This document shows, piece after piece, positions 1 through 11,532 of a DNA stretch of 64,000 bases. The notes under the pieces were generated by a model, which saw nothing but the letters and a program-made list of their open reading frames with translations, did not search any database and was not told where the DNA came from. The stretch lies in assembly GCA_005879315.1 (NCBI GenBank), contig VBLC01000037.1, positions 1,300-65,299 of the forward strand. The letters run 5' to 3'. Every line of letters begins with the position of its first letter. Position 1 is the first letter of the stretch. The translations under genes were made by a program, and so were the position numbers. The stretch is from Deltaproteobacteria bacterium (lineage in GTDB: Bacteria > Myxococcota > Myxococcia > Myxococcales > 40CM-4-68-19).

Positions 1-486
1 CTTTGCTGCTTGATGCTGATCACGCCGCGCGCCTGGTGCTCACCGACGCAATGGGGCGAAGGCGCGATGGTGCTGCTCTGGATCCTCGTGCTCGGTTGCG
101 CAGTTGCGCATCGCGCTTTCCGCAGCGACGTGAGCCTCGCTTTCCTCGGCAGCTGGACCGCGCTGCGCGCCGCTCGCGTTCTCTACCTCGGTCAGCGGGT
201 CCCCGTGCTGATGCACCAGCTGGCGTCGGGCAGCCTGCTGCTCTTCACCTTCTTCATGATCTCCGATCCGAAGACCACGCCGCGCGCTCCTGCCGCCCGG
301 CTGCTCTTCGCTGCGATCGTCGCCTCCGTCGCCTTCGCGCTGCAGCTCCGCTTCGTCCAGAACCCGATCGTCTGGGCGCTCTTCTTCTGCGCCCCGCTCG
401 TCCCCGTTCTCGATGCTTTGACCTCAAACGAAAAGAAGGAGACCCTCCCGTGCGCACTGCAATCTGTGGTTTCGTCCTCGCCCTGA
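1..486 (+). CDS. integral membrane protein, C-terminal fragment (RnfD/NqrB-like)
   Basis: Frame 1 is open from the window edge. Hydrophobic segments and the motif FFMISDPKTTP resemble the FMATDPVT block of RnfD/NqrB-family subunits. The 5-prime end is outside the window. It overlaps the next gene start by 37 nt. Confidence 0.5.
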   Translation, partial: LCCLMLITPRAWCSPTQWGEGAMVLLWILVLGCAVAHRAFRSDVSLAFLGSWTALRAARVLYLGQRVPVLMHQLASGSLLLFTFFMISDPKTTPRAPAARLLFAAIVASVAFALQLRFVQNPIVWALFFCAPLVPVLDALTSNEKKETLPCALQSVVSSSP

Positions 487-1769
487 GCGCGGCCCATCCC
501 GCGGCCGCATTCTGCGGTTTCTTCGTCGGCAAGGCCGACAGCCAGCTCTTCAACAAGTCGTCGCAGGTGGCCATCGTCCGCGACGGCGAGCACACCGTCA
601 TCACCATGGGCAACGACTTCAGCGGCGAGATGAACGAGTTCGCGCTGGTGGTGCCGGTGCCCTCGGTCCTCTCGCGCGACCAGATCCATGTCGGTGAGCG
701 CCGATTGCTCGAGCGGCTCGACGCGTACTCCGCGCCGCGGCTGGTCGAATACAGCGATGGCGATCCCTGCGCCGTCCGCCGCTATCCGGCGATGGCGCTC
801 GGCGCAATGCGCTCCCATGTGGCGGCCAGCCCGGTTGCCGAGCGCGCCACAAAGGCGCTCGGCGTGACGGTCGAGGCGGCCTATACGGTCGGCGAGTACG
901 ACATCGTGCTGCTCTCCGCCAATCAGTCCGAGGGCCTGGAGATCTGGCTGCGCGAGAGCGGCTACCGCATGCCGCCGCGCGCCGCAGCCGCGCTCGCTCC
1001 GTACATCCGCCAGCAGATGAAATTCTTCGTGGCGAAGGTGAACCTCAAGGAGCAGCGGAAGACCGGCTTCCAGCAGCTGCGCCCCATCCAGATCGCCTTC
1101 GACTCGCCACGCTTCATGCTTCCCATCCGCCTGGGCATGGCCAATGCCGACGGCCCGCAGGACATGATCGTCTATGCCGTCACCCGCAACGGCCGCGTCG
1201 AATCGAGCAACTACCAGACGGTGAAGATGCCCTCCGACGTGGAGGTGCCCGAGTTCGTCCAGCGCGAGTTCGGCGACTTCTACCAGGCCACCTTCGCCAA
1301 GGCCTGGCGCGGTCACGGCCGGCGCGCGCTGCTCACCGAGTACGTCTGGAACATGGGCTTCTGCGATCCCTGCGCGGCGCCGCCACTCGATCAGGAGGAG
1401 CTGCGGGGGCTGGGAGTCTTCTGGCTGAACGACCAGCCCGGCGCGTATCACATGGGCGGCATGCCGCTCACTCTCACGCGGCTGCACGTGCGTTACGACT
1501 CCGAGCACTTTCCCGAAGACCTGATGTTCCAGCAGACCGGCGACCAGCAGCCATTCCAGGGGCGCTACATCCTCCGCCATCCCTATCGCGGCGAGATCTC
1601 CTGCGCGGCGGGGAGCGAGTATCGCAAGGAGCTCGACGTGCGCCACCGCCAGGAAGCGGCGACGCTCGCCTCGCTCACCGGCTGGGACGCGGCGCGCATC
1701 CATGCCGGCATGGGATCCGACTGGCCCGGCGAGCCGCAGCAGCCATGGTGGAAGACGATCTGGCGCTGA
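450..1769 (+). CDS. DUF2330 domain-containing secreted protein
   Basis: GTG 450 sits 8 nt after AAGGAG (436-441). A signal peptide is followed by FCGFFVGKAD...FALVVPVP...PRLVEYSDGDPC, the N-terminal block I associate with DUF2330. Confidence 0.75.
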   Translation: MRTAICGFVLALSAAHPAAAFCGFFVGKADSQLFNKSSQVAIVRDGEHTVITMGNDFSGEMNEFALVVPVPSVLSRDQIHVGERRLLERLDAYSAPRLVEYSDGDPCAVRRYPAMALGAMRSHVAASPVAERATKALGVTVEAAYTVGEYDIVLLSANQSEGLEIWLRESGYRMPPRAAAALAPYIRQQMKFFVAKVNLKEQRKTGFQQLRPIQIAFDSPRFMLPIRLGMANADGPQDMIVYAVTRNGRVESSNYQTVKMPSDVEVPEFVQREFGDFYQATFAKAWRGHGRRALLTEYVWNMGFCDPCAAPPLDQEELRGLGVFWLNDQPGAYHMGGMPLTLTRLHVRYDSEHFPEDLMFQQTGDQQPFQGRYILRHPYRGEISCAAGSEYRKELDVRHRQEAATLASLTGWDAARIHAGMGSDWPGEPQQPWWKTIWR

Positions 1770-1781
1770 TACGCTGCGCCC

Positions 1782-3530
1782 ATGGACGAGAGCAGGCGGC
1801 GTTTCCTTTCGCTGTTGTCGGGACTGGGGCTGGGCGGAACGGTCTTTCCGGGCGCGCTTCTCGCCGAGGCGAAAGGCGGGAAAGTCACCAAGGAGCAGAT
1901 CGCGCGCGCCGAAGAGCTGGCTGGCCTGCATTTCGACGACACGCAGCGCGAGATGATGAGCGAGCTGCTCGACGACTCGCTCGAACAGCTGGCGAAGCTC
2001 CGCGAGGTGACGCTGGAGAATCGGGTCGCGCCGGCGCTGGTGTTCGACGCGCTGCCGCCGGGAGCGCAGCTGCCCAAGGCGCGGCCGAGGCGCGCGCTGG
2101 CGAGGCGGCCGGCGCCGTCGCTGCCGGGCAGCAAGGAGGAGATCGCCTTCCTCCCCGCGGCGCGCCTCGGCGAGCTGGTGCGCGCGGGCAAGATCAGCTC
2201 GGTGGAGCTGACGCGTCTCTATCTCGAGCGGCTCGAGAGCGCCGACAAGCGCCTGGCCTGCGTCGTCACGCTCACCGACGAGCGTGCCTTGCGGCAGGCG
2301 AAGGCGGCCGACGAGGAGATCGCCCGAGGCAAGTGGCGCGGCCCCCTCCATGGCGTACCTTGGGGAGCGAAGGATCTGCTCGCCGTCAAGGGCCATCCCA
2401 CCACCTGGGGCGCGGGCGGCTACCAGCGACAGATCATCGACGAGGACGCAACGGTCGTGCGCCGCCTCGATCAGGCGGGCGCGGTTCTCATCGCCAAGCT
2501 CACCTTGGGCGAGCTGGCGATGGGCGATCACTGGTTCGGCGGCGTGACGAAGAATCCCTGGAACTTCGAAGAGGGCTCGTCGGGATCGTCGGCGGGACCG
2601 GCCGCGGCGACGGCGGCGGGTCTGGTCGGCTTCAGCATCGGCAGCGAGACGCTCGGCTCCATCTCCTCGCCGAGCACGCGCTGCGGCGCGACCGGTCTGC
2701 GGCCCACCTTCGGCCGCATCCCGCGCACGGGCGCGATGGCCCTCTCTTTCAGCATGGACAAGCTCGGCCCCATCTGCCGCACCGCCGAGGATTGCGCGCT
2801 CGTCTTCGATGCGGTCAAAGGACCCGACGGCCGCGACGCGAGCGTTCGCGAGGCGCCCTTCAGCTTCGATCCGCAGCTCGACCCGCGCTCGCTCAGCGTC
2901 GGGTACCTGCGCAAGGCCTTCGAGGAGTCGGTTCTCGCCGCGCAGGGAGAAAAGCCGGCGCAGCACGAGTGGAAGGATTTCGACGACGCCGCGCTCGCCG
3001 TCCTCGAACAGATGGGGATCAAGCTGCACCCGGTGGAGCTTCCCGACATTCCTTGGCAGTCGCTGCGGCCCATCCTCGTCGCCGAGGCTGCCGCGACCTT
3101 CGACGAGCTGACGCGCAGCGGCCGCGACCGCGAGCTGGTGCAGCAGGGCAAGGACAACTGGCCGAACATCTTCCGCGCCGCCCGCTTCATCACTGCGGTC
3201 GATTACCTCAATGCCAACCGCGTGCGCGCCGTGGCCATCGCGCGCTGGCAGGAGATGATGAAGGGGCTCGATGTGCTGGTCGCGCCGACGCGCGGGTCGG
3301 GGCAGCTCCTCGCCAGCAACCTGACCGGCGCGCCGGCAGTCATCGTGCCCAACGGCTTCCAGGAGCGCGAGAGCCGCATCGAAGACGCCGGACCCTCGAG
3401 CCTCAAGCACCGCGTGCCGGTGTCGCTCACCTTCATCGGCGCGCATTTCGGCGAGGACCGGCTCCTGGCGATGGCGCACGCCTACCAGAAGGTGACGCGC
3501 TTTCACCTCGAGCATCCCTCGCTGCAATGA
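1782..3530 (+). CDS. amidase family protein with Tat signal
   Basis: Twin-arginine signal SRRRFLSLL. Amidase-signature blocks GAKDLL, EGSSGSSAGPAAA and GSETLGSISSPS are present. Confidence 0.85.
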   Translation: MDESRRRFLSLLSGLGLGGTVFPGALLAEAKGGKVTKEQIARAEELAGLHFDDTQREMMSELLDDSLEQLAKLREVTLENRVAPALVFDALPPGAQLPKARPRRALARRPAPSLPGSKEEIAFLPAARLGELVRAGKISSVELTRLYLERLESADKRLACVVTLTDERALRQAKAADEEIARGKWRGPLHGVPWGAKDLLAVKGHPTTWGAGGYQRQIIDEDATVVRRLDQAGAVLIAKLTLGELAMGDHWFGGVTKNPWNFEEGSSGSSAGPAAATAAGLVGFSIGSETLGSISSPSTRCGATGLRPTFGRIPRTGAMALSFSMDKLGPICRTAEDCALVFDAVKGPDGRDASVREAPFSFDPQLDPRSLSVGYLRKAFEESVLAAQGEKPAQHEWKDFDDAALAVLEQMGIKLHPVELPDIPWQSLRPILVAEAAATFDELTRSGRDRELVQQGKDNWPNIFRAARFITAVDYLNANRVRAVAIARWQEMMKGLDVLVAPTRGSGQLLASNLTGAPAVIVPNGFQERESRIEDAGPSSLKHRVPVSLTFIGAHFGEDRLLAMAHAYQKVTRFHLEHPSLQ

Positions 3531-3532
3531 GG

Positions 3533-4435
3533 TCAGAGCGTGAAGAGGTCTTCGCTGCGGAGGAGGTCGCCGGCGGTGCAGAGGTCGCTCGCGCAGCGGA
3601 AGAGCAGTTCGAGCTGCGGCGGCAGCGTGCCCTTGGCGAGAGGAGGCGCGGCCCCGCTCCATGCCGCCGCGAAGCGCTGCAGCGATCCGAGCAGCGCATC
3701 GCCTTCGGCGCGGCCGGGCTGCGCGGCGGGCGCTCCGTCGCGCACTTCGCCCTGATATTGCGCGAGGGCGGCATCGAGGTCGCCGGCCGACTCACCCGCC
3801 GCGGCGGCAGAGAGCCGTGGCCGCAGCATCGGCTGCGCGGCCCAGGCGAGAAGGCTCTCGGGATGCACACCGCGACCGAGGCGCCGCAGGGCTCCGGCAT
3901 CGCGCGGGATGCCGGCGACGATCTCGAGATTGCGCACGTCGTTGAGCCGGACCGTATAGACGTCGGTGGGCTCGGGTAGCGCGTCCTCGTAGCAGCGCCA
4001 GACGAACTGCGTCGCGGTCATCGGCGCAGTGCTCCGCAAAAGCGGCGCGGCAGTCTCGAGCGCCGCGCGCTGCGCCCGGCGCAACGAAGGCGAGGCGCGC
4101 AGCTTGCGCGAGATGGCGAGCAGCGCGAGAAGCCCCTCGGCAGGACAGATCGGCCCTTGCGCGAGCATCTCCGCCGCGCGCTGCAAGACTGGCTCGAGGG
4201 GCGCCACTTCCTTGAGGCGCCTGGCCAGCGAGAGCTCGGCTCCGGCGAGACATTCGTCGAGCGAGCGCGTCATCGGCGCGCCGTCGACACCCTCCGCGAC
4301 CCGGCTCTCCCCGAGGTAGAGCGCTGCGCGGTCGACTTCGGCGCCGTCGAAAAAGCGCGTCGCCCAGGCGAGCCGTCCAGGCGAGCGCACCAGCACGACG
4401 TCTCCGGGACGCAGCTCGGAAGGCCGGATCTGCAT
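3533..4435 (-). CDS. hypothetical protein
   Basis: 300-aa ORF between lon and the convergent amidase. It has weak resemblance to permuted papain-like (YiiX-type) proteins: GDVVLV...AALYLGE...ATQFVWRCYEDA. No firm family assignment. Confidence 0.55.
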   Translation of the reverse strand: MQIRPSELRPGDVVLVRSPGRLAWATRFFDGAEVDRAALYLGESRVAEGVDGAPMTRSLDECLAGAELSLARRLKEVAPLEPVLQRAAEMLAQGPICPAEGLLALLAISRKLRASPSLRRAQRAALETAAPLLRSTAPMTATQFVWRCYEDALPEPTDVYTVRLNDVRNLEIVAGIPRDAGALRRLGRGVHPESLLAWAAQPMLRPRLSAAAAGESAGDLDAALAQYQGEVRDGAPAAQPGRAEGDALLGSLQRFAAAWSGAAPPLAKGTLPPQLELLFRCASDLCTAGDLLRSEDLFTL

Positions 4436-4473
4436 GAGCGCATCCTACACAAACGGACGCGCTCTGCGCTGCT

Positions 4474-6921
4474 TCAGACCGCCGTCTGCGGCGTGTTGCC
4501 CGGCGCCTCGATGGTCGTCTTGGGCGGCTCAGGCTCGACCTTGCGGAAGAACGCGTCCGGGTTCTCCAGCACGAGCGCGTGGCGCAGCACCTCGTCGACG
4601 TGCTCGACGGGAATGATGCTCAGCTCGCGCCGGACCTTGAGGGGGATCTCGCGAACGTCCTTCACGTTGTCCTTGGGGATGAGGATGATCTTCGTCCCGC
4701 CCCGGTGCGCCGCCAGCGCTTTCTCCTTGAGGCCGCCGATGGGCAGCACCCGTCCGCGCAGCGTGATCTCGCCGGTCATCGCCACGTCCTTGCGCACGGG
4801 AATGCGCGTCAGCGCGGAGACCATTGCAGTGGCCATGGTGACGCCCGCGCTCGGCCCATCCTTGGGAACCGCGCCTTCTGCGACGTGGATGTGGATGTCG
4901 ACGTTCTCGGCGAACTTCTTCTCGAGGCCGAATCGCTCGGCTCGCGAGCGGACGTAGGACAACGCGGCCTGCGCGCTCTCCTGCATCACGTCGCCCAGCT
5001 TGCCGGTGAGGATGAGCTTGCCCTTGCCCGGGATCACCGTCGCTTCGGTCTGGAGAAGCTCGCCGCCCACTTCGGTCCAGGCGAGGCCGGTGACGAGACC
5101 GATCTCGTCGCGATCCTCGGTCTTGCCATAGCGGAACTTGGGCGGCCCGAGGAGCTTGTGCACCCTCTTCACCGTGATGCGGATTCTCTCCTCGCGGTTG
5201 CCGTTCCGGAGCACTTCCTTGGCGACCTTGCGGCAGAGGGTGGCGATCTCCCGCTCCAGCCCGCGCACGCCGGACTCCTTGGTGTAGCGGTGGACCAGCT
5301 CCATCAGCGCCTTGCGCGAGAAGCTGACGGGGACTTTCTCCAGGCCATTCTGCTCCTTCTGCTTGGGCACCAGATACTTGATCGCGATGGAGAGCTTTTC
5401 CAGGTCGGTGTACCCGGCGATGCGGATGATCTCCAACCGGTCCTGCAAGGGAGCGGGAATACCGTGCAGGGTATTGGCCGTACAAATGAACAATACCTTG
5501 CTCAAATCATAATCGAGGTCGAGGTAATGGTCCCCGAACGTATGGTTTTGCTCGGGGTCGAGGACCTCCAACAAGGCCGCGGAAGGATCGCCGCGGAAGT
5601 CGGTGCTCATCTTGTCCACTTCGTCGAGCAGGAAGACGGGATTGCCGCTGCCTGCCTTCTTCAAGGATTGAATGATCTTTCCCGGCAAGGCGCCGATATA
5701 GGTCCTTCGATGGCCGCGGATCTCGGCCTCGTCGCGAACGCCGCCGAGGGAAATGCGGACGAACTTGCGGCTCAATGCCTTTGCGATGGACTTGCCGAGC
5801 GAGGTCTTTCCCACTCCGGGCGGGCCGACGAAGCAGAGGATGGGTCCCTTCATCTTCTCCACCATCGCCTGCACGGCCAGGTACTCGACGATGCGCTCCT
5901 TGGGCTTCTTCAGCCCATAGTGATCGTCTTCGAGAATCCTTTCCGCTTCATTGATGTCGAGCTTGTCCTTGGTATATTCGTACCAGGGCAGCGAGAGGAT
6001 CCAGTCGATATAGTTGCGGACGACGGTCGCCTCTGCGCTCATCGGGCTCATCATCTTGAGCTTGCGCAGCTCCTTCTTGGCCTTGGCGACGGCCTCCTTC
6101 GACATCTTCTTGTTCTTGATCTTCTCCTCGAGCTCCTGCAGCTCCGACTTGAACTCGTCGCGCTCACCCAGCTCCTTCTGGATGGCCTGCATCTGCTCGT
6201 TGAGGTAGTACTCCTTCTGCGTCTTCTCCATCTGCTTCTTGACGCGGGTGCGGATCTTCTTTTCGACCTGGAGGATCTCGATCTCCCCCTGCATCAGCTC
6301 GTAGAGCTTCTCCAGCCGCTTGGCGGCGGAGTGTTCCTCGAGGATGGCCTGCTTGTCGTTCAGCTTCAGGCTGAGATGGGCCACGATGGTGTCGGCGAGC
6401 CGCGCCGGATCGTCGATGGTGGCCACCGACATGAGCATCTCCGGCGGGATGCGCTTGTTGAGCTTGACGTAGGCCTCGAAGGTGGCGTGCACCGAGCGGA
6501 CCAGCGCCTCGACCTCGACGCTCCGCTCGTTCAGCTCCTCCACCTCGTCGGCTTCGACGAGGAAGAACTTCTCGTGCGCGACGTAGCGGCGGATGTGCGC
6601 GCGCCTCTTGCCCTCGACCAGCACCTTGACGGTGCCGTCGGGCAGACGCAGGAGCTGCAGGATCGTGCCCAGCGTGCCGATGGCGAAGATGTCGTCGGGC
6701 ACCGGCTCGTTGGTCTTGGCCTTCTTCTGCGCCGCGAGGAGGATGTCCTTGTCGTGCGCCATCGCCTCTTCCAGGGCGGCGATGGACTTCTCCCGGCCGA
6801 CGAAGAGGGGCACGACCATGTGGGGAAAGACGATGATGTCCCGGAGGGGCAAGAGGGGAACGGTGCGCGTTCCAGACTTGCGGGAGGCCGGGTCCTTCTT
6901 GTCGTCGTTGCGGAAGAACAT
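4474..6921 (-). CDS. lon: ATP-dependent protease Lon
   Basis: 815 aa with a Lon N-domain ([23 protein letters not shown]), Walker [10 protein letters not shown] and the protease motif [11 protein letters not shown]. Confidence 0.97.
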   Translation of the reverse strand: MFFRNDDKKDPASRKSGTRTVPLLPLRDIIVFPHMVVPLFVGREKSIAALEEAMAHDKDILLAAQKKAKTNEPVPDDIFAIGTLGTILQLLRLPDGTVKVLVEGKRRAHIRRYVAHEKFFLVEADEVEELNERSVEVEALVRSVHATFEAYVKLNKRIPPEMLMSVATIDDPARLADTIVAHLSLKLNDKQAILEEHSAAKRLEKLYELMQGEIEILQVEKKIRTRVKKQMEKTQKEYYLNEQMQAIQKELGERDEFKSELQELEEKIKNKKMSKEAVAKAKKELRKLKMMSPMSAEATVVRNYIDWILSLPWYEYTKDKLDINEAERILEDDHYGLKKPKERIVEYLAVQAMVEKMKGPILCFVGPPGVGKTSLGKSIAKALSRKFVRISLGGVRDEAEIRGHRRTYIGALPGKIIQSLKKAGSGNPVFLLDEVDKMSTDFRGDPSAALLEVLDPEQNHTFGDHYLDLDYDLSKVLFICTANTLHGIPAPLQDRLEIIRIAGYTDLEKLSIAIKYLVPKQKEQNGLEKVPVSFSRKALMELVHRYTKESGVRGLEREIATLCRKVAKEVLRNGNREERIRITVKRVHKLLGPPKFRYGKTEDRDEIGLVTGLAWTEVGGELLQTEATVIPGKGKLILTGKLGDVMQESAQAALSYVRSRAERFGLEKKFAENVDIHIHVAEGAVPKDGPSAGVTMATAMVSALTRIPVRKDVAMTGEITLRGRVLPIGGLKEKALAAHRGGTKIILIPKDNVKDVREIPLKVRRELSIIPVEHVDEVLRHALVLENPDAFFRKVEPEPPKTTIEAPGNTPQTAV

Positions 6922-7084
6922 CGGGCGTCGTCTCCCAGGGCCAGGAAGGCCGAAGCGTAGCGCTTTGACCGGGCGAAGTCAGCTTCTCTCCGCTCAACTC
7001 TGAAACGGACCGCGACCTGGCGCGATTCCCAGCGGATCCGGCCGGAAGCAGGCGCTTGACCGGCCCCGCCCCGGAAGCGCACGG

Positions 7085-7638
7085 TTGGGGGAGATGGAGA
7101 CTGGGGGGAATGGGCAGCCGCCGGACGCTCTGCCGACCGCTCTCTCACGTCCCGCCGAGACGCCGCCCCAATCTCTGCAAGAGCGCTACCGCATCGAGCG
7201 GGAGCTCGGCCGCGGCGGCATGGGGCGCGTCTTCGCCGCAGTCGACCTGCAGCTGGGCCGGCGTGTGGCCATCAAGATGCTCGCGCCTGGCCCGCACGTC
7301 GAAGACGAGCTGCTCCGCTTTCGTCAGGAAGCGCGCGCGGCCGGCTCGCTCAACCACCCGAATGTCCTCACCGTCTTCGACCTGGGAGCGAGCGAGGTGG
7401 GGCCGTACATCGTCTCCGAGCTCCTCGAGGGGCGCACCTTGCGCGCCGCCCTGGGCGAAAGCCCGCTGCCGTTGGCCGAGGCCATCGAGTGGGCGCGCCA
7501 GCTCGCCGAAGGGCTGGCGGCGGCGCACGGCAAGGGCATCGTCCACCGCGACCTGAAGCCAGAAATCTCTTTCTCACCAGCGACGGGCGCCTCAAGATCC
7601 TCGACTGGTACGACCGCTACCTGGGCCCGGTGCGCTAG
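7085..7638 (+). pseudogene. Ser/Thr protein kinase remnant (frameshifted and truncated before DFG)
   Basis: Kinase subdomains I-VIb are present: [22 protein letters not shown]. The AAA run at 7562-7564 lacks one A, and the +2 frame continues [14 protein letters not shown] then WYDRYLGPVR-stop (7636-7638). There is no DFG, APE or C-terminal lobe anywhere downstream. Confidence 0.7.
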
Positions 7639-7701
7639 CCGCCGCACCAGCGACCCCGCCGACCCCCATCCCTACCAGGGTCTCCGCCGGGAGCGCGGTC
7701 A

Positions 7702-7713
7702 TTTTGTACAAAA
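7702..7713. promoter_or_regulatory. perfect 12-bp AT-rich palindrome TTTTGTACAAAA (candidate operator)
   Basis: Seen directly in the sequence. It lies about 50-60 nt upstream of the Phd-like gene start, in otherwise GC-rich DNA. Confidence 0.3.
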
Positions 7714-7761
7714 CGCAGGCTTTGTCGCGTGGGTGTCGGACCCCCCTGGCAGGGTGGGGGC

Positions 7762-8160
7762 ATGGCTGAAATGCATGTGACGGCGACCGACTTCCGGAGG
7801 TGCATCGCACAGATCAAGAATGCAGTTGCATACAGGCAGGACCGGGTGGTGATGACCCTCCACGGCCGCGTCTTGGTCGCGCTGGTGAGCATCGAAGATC
7901 TGGAGTTCCTCCGCGAGCACCGGCCTCGGCCGTCGGAGCCGACGCCGGAGAATTTCCCTCCTGGCATTCATCTCAGGGTGGAGAAGCCGCCTCCTCCGAG
8001 GAAGAAGCTGCCCGATCCGTGGGACATGCCCCTCGAGGAAGTTCGGGTTCTCTACGCCGGGTACGGGAACCAACTGCCCAAGACAGAGGAGGAATTGACC
8101 TGGGTCGGCCGGGCGGCGGGCAGGTTGAACGCGGCCCGGTCGCGGGCGCCGCCGTCGTAG
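7762..8160 (+). CDS. Phd/YefM-type antitoxin-like protein with C-terminal extension (orphan)
   Basis: N-terminus MHVTATDFRRCIAQIKNAVAYRQDRVVMTLHGRVLVALVSIEDLEFLRE matches the Phd/YefM layout. Possible ATG starts at 7762 or 7771. A Pro-rich linker and about 60 unassigned residues follow. Confidence 0.65.
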   Translation: MAEMHVTATDFRRCIAQIKNAVAYRQDRVVMTLHGRVLVALVSIEDLEFLREHRPRPSEPTPENFPPGIHLRVEKPPPPRKKLPDPWDMPLEEVRVLYAGYGNQLPKTEEELTWVGRAAGRLNAARSRAPPS

Positions 8161-8171
8161 CGGCAGGCGGT

Positions 8172-9419
<1,248 letters not shown>

Positions 9420-9461
9420 TCCGCCGCCTTTCAGGTCCAGCCTTCACCCTTTAATCTAACT

Positions 9462-10067
9462 CTACTTGGGCATCGAAGCCGGTTTCTTGGTGACCACTTC
9501 GTCGATCAGGCCGTATTCCTTCGCCTCGCCTGCTCCCATGAAGTAGTCGCGGTCGGTGTCCTTCTCGATGCGGTCGAGCGGCTGGCCGGTGTGCTTCTGC
9601 ATGATCTCGTTCAGCTTTGCCTTGAGGCGCAAGATTTCCTTGGCCTGCAGCTCGACGTCGCTTGCCTGCCCCCCGAAGCCGCCACTCGGCTGATGGATCA
9701 TGATGCGCGCGTGGGGCAACGAGTACCGCTTGCCCTTCGCGCCGGCACCGAGGAGCAGCGCGCCCATGGAGGCGGCCTGGCCCATGCAGATGGTCGACAC
9801 CTGACACTTCACGTATTGCATGGTGTCATAGATGGCGAGGCCGGAGGTCACCGAGCCGCCCGGGCTGTTGATGTAGAGGTTGATGTCCTTGTCGGGATCC
9901 TCGCTCTCGAGGAAAAGCATCTGCGCGACGATGATGTTGGCCACGTCGTCGTCGACCGGCGTTCCGAGGAAGACGATGCGGTCCTTGAGCAGGCGCGAGT
10001 AGAGATCGTAGGCGCGCTCGCCCCGGTGCGTTTGCTCGATGACGGTAGGGTAGGGAATCATTGCCAT
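9462..10067 (-). CDS. clpP: ATP-dependent Clp protease proteolytic subunit ClpP
   Basis: [27 protein letters not shown]..., catalytic Ser context [10 protein letters not shown] 10067 is preceded by AAGGAG (10074-10079). The ORF-track start at 10106 would abut the tig stop. Confidence 0.95.
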   Translation of the reverse strand: MAMIPYPTVIEQTHRGERAYDLYSRLLKDRIVFLGTPVDDDVANIIVAQMLFLESEDPDKDINLYINSPGGSVTSGLAIYDTMQYVKCQVSTICMGQAASMGALLLGAGAKGKRYSLPHARIMIHQPSGGFGGQASDVELQAKEILRLKAKLNEIMQKHTGQPLDRIEKDTDRDYFMGAGEAKEYGLIDEVVTKKPASMPK

Positions 10068-10102
10068 TGCCACGGCTCCTTGAAGACGCGAAGCATAGCC
10101 GC

Positions 10103-11398
10103 TCAACCTTCTCCGGTCGCGAAGTTGGCCTTGGAGAGCAGAAAAGCAAGCGCCTTGTCCTGCCGGAGGCGGGCGCCCAGGCTCTCCAGGGAATCCTGCC
10201 GGCGGAAGGCGGCCTTGATCTTCTCCGCCGGCTGGCCCAGCTCGGCGGAGAGCTTGGCGAAATGTTTGTCCAGGTCGTCCTCCGTCGCCACCAGCTGCTC
10301 CTTCTCCGCGATCGCCTCCAGCAGCAGATAACCTTTGACTTCGAGCAGCGCACGCTGCCGCAACTCGTCGCGCATCCGTTCGAGGTTGAGGCCGAGCTGG
10401 CGCGGATCGATCCCGCGGCGGACGAAACCTTCCAGCATGCCCTGGAGCATGGCATCGACGTTGCGCTCGACCAAGGCTGGCGGCGCCTCGACAGGATTCT
10501 TCGCGACCAGCGCCTCGAGCAGCTTCTCCCGCTGGTCGCCCTCGGCGCGCTCCTTCTTCTGCTGCGCCATCTCGCCCTTCAGCTTCTCGCGCAGCTCCGC
10601 CAGCGTCTTGGCGTCGCCTCCCAGGTCCTGCACGAAGGCATCGTCGAGCGCGGGGACCTCGCGCCGCTTGATGCCCTTGATGGCCACCTGGAAGCGCGCT
10701 TCCTTGCCGCGCAGCTCCGGGACTGCGTAGTCGCTGGGGAAGCCGGCAGCCAGTTCCCGCGTCTCTCCCACGCGGGCGCCGAGGAGGCCCTCGGCCTTGT
10801 TCTCCAGCAATGAGCCGGGCGCGACTTCGAGAAGCACGCCTTCGCGCTTGGCGCCGCGCAGCGGCGCTCCCTCGACGAAGCCCTGGTAATCGACCGAGGC
10901 GTAGTCGCCCGCCTCGACGACGTCGCGGTCGGTGACCGGCACGAACATCGCCTGCTGCTTGCGCAACTCCTCGATGCGCTCTTCGACCTGCGCGTCCGTC
11001 ACCTCCGCCTCCACCTTGGGGACGGTGAGGCCGAGATAGTCCTTGGGTTCGACCCTCGGCCGCACCTCGACGGTGGCGGTGTACTTGAAGGGCTGGCCGG
11101 CCTCGACCGCGCCGTTCTCCACGCGCGGCGGAGCGACCGGGTCGAGCTTGTGCTCGGCCAGCGCTTCCTGGATGGAGCCTGAGACGAGCTTCTGCGCCAC
11201 GTCCTTCTTCACGTCGTCGCCGAAGTAACGCTCGACCAGACGCCGAGGAACGTGCCCTTGACGGTAGCCCTTGAGCTTCACCGTCCGCGAGACGGTGCTG
11301 AAGGCGCGCTCGAGCGCATCCTCGACCCGGTCGGGCGTGAGCTCGACCGAGACCTTCTTCACCACCGGGCTCAGATCCTCCACGCGGGACTGGACCAC
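10103..11398 (-). CDS. tig: trigger factor
   Basis: 431 aa. N-terminal ribosome-binding region ([21 protein letters not shown]), an FKBP-like middle domain and a C-terminal domain. Conserved tig-clpP-clpX order. Confidence 0.95.
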   Translation of the reverse strand: MVQSRVEDLSPVVKKVSVELTPDRVEDALERAFSTVSRTVKLKGYRQGHVPRRLVERYFGDDVKKDVAQKLVSGSIQEALAEHKLDPVAPPRVENGAVEAGQPFKYTATVEVRPRVEPKDYLGLTVPKVEAEVTDAQVEERIEELRKQQAMFVPVTDRDVVEAGDYASVDYQGFVEGAPLRGAKREGVLLEVAPGSLLENKAEGLLGARVGETRELAAGFPSDYAVPELRGKEARFQVAIKGIKRREVPALDDAFVQDLGGDAKTLAELREKLKGEMAQQKKERAEGDQREKLLEALVAKNPVEAPPALVERNVDAMLQGMLEGFVRRGIDPRQLGLNLERMRDELRQRALLEVKGYLLLEAIAEKEQLVATEDDLDKHFAKLSAELGQPAEKIKAAFRRQDSLESLGARLRQDKALAFLLSKANFATGEG

Positions 11399-11450
11399 GA
11401 ACGGCGCTCCTCAGAGTGCCTTCGCCTCTCGGCTACGGCACCGAAGAAAG

Positions 11451-11532
11451 TGCGAGAGGCGGGAGTCGAACCCGCACGGGTTTCCCCACCGGATCCTAAG
11501 TCCGGCGCGTATGCCAGTTCCGCCACCCTCGC
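11451..11532 (-). tRNA. tRNA-Leu (anticodon TAG)
   Basis: Manual fold. Acceptor GCGAGGG/CTCTCGC, anticodon arm CCGGA-CTTAGGA-TCCGG, long variable arm, T arm GCGGG-TTCGACT-CCCGC. Confidence 0.9.

Noticed and set aside
192-3662. 1156-aa minus-strand ORF spanning the DUF2330 and amidase genes
   Set aside because: It is antisense to two genes with clear family motifs. The product is an Arg/Ala/Gly/Leu-rich low-complexity string, typical of stop-free frames in very GC-rich DNA.
4579-6960. 793-aa plus-strand ORF antisense to lon
   Set aside because: It lies fully inside the unmistakable Lon gene on the other strand and has no motifs. It is a GC artefact.
7555-7570. Programmed ribosomal frameshift in the kinase gene
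   Set aside because: Even after frame correction the ORF stops 24 codons later, without a DFG motif or C-lobe. There is no slippery heptamer or downstream structure. Gene decay explains it better.
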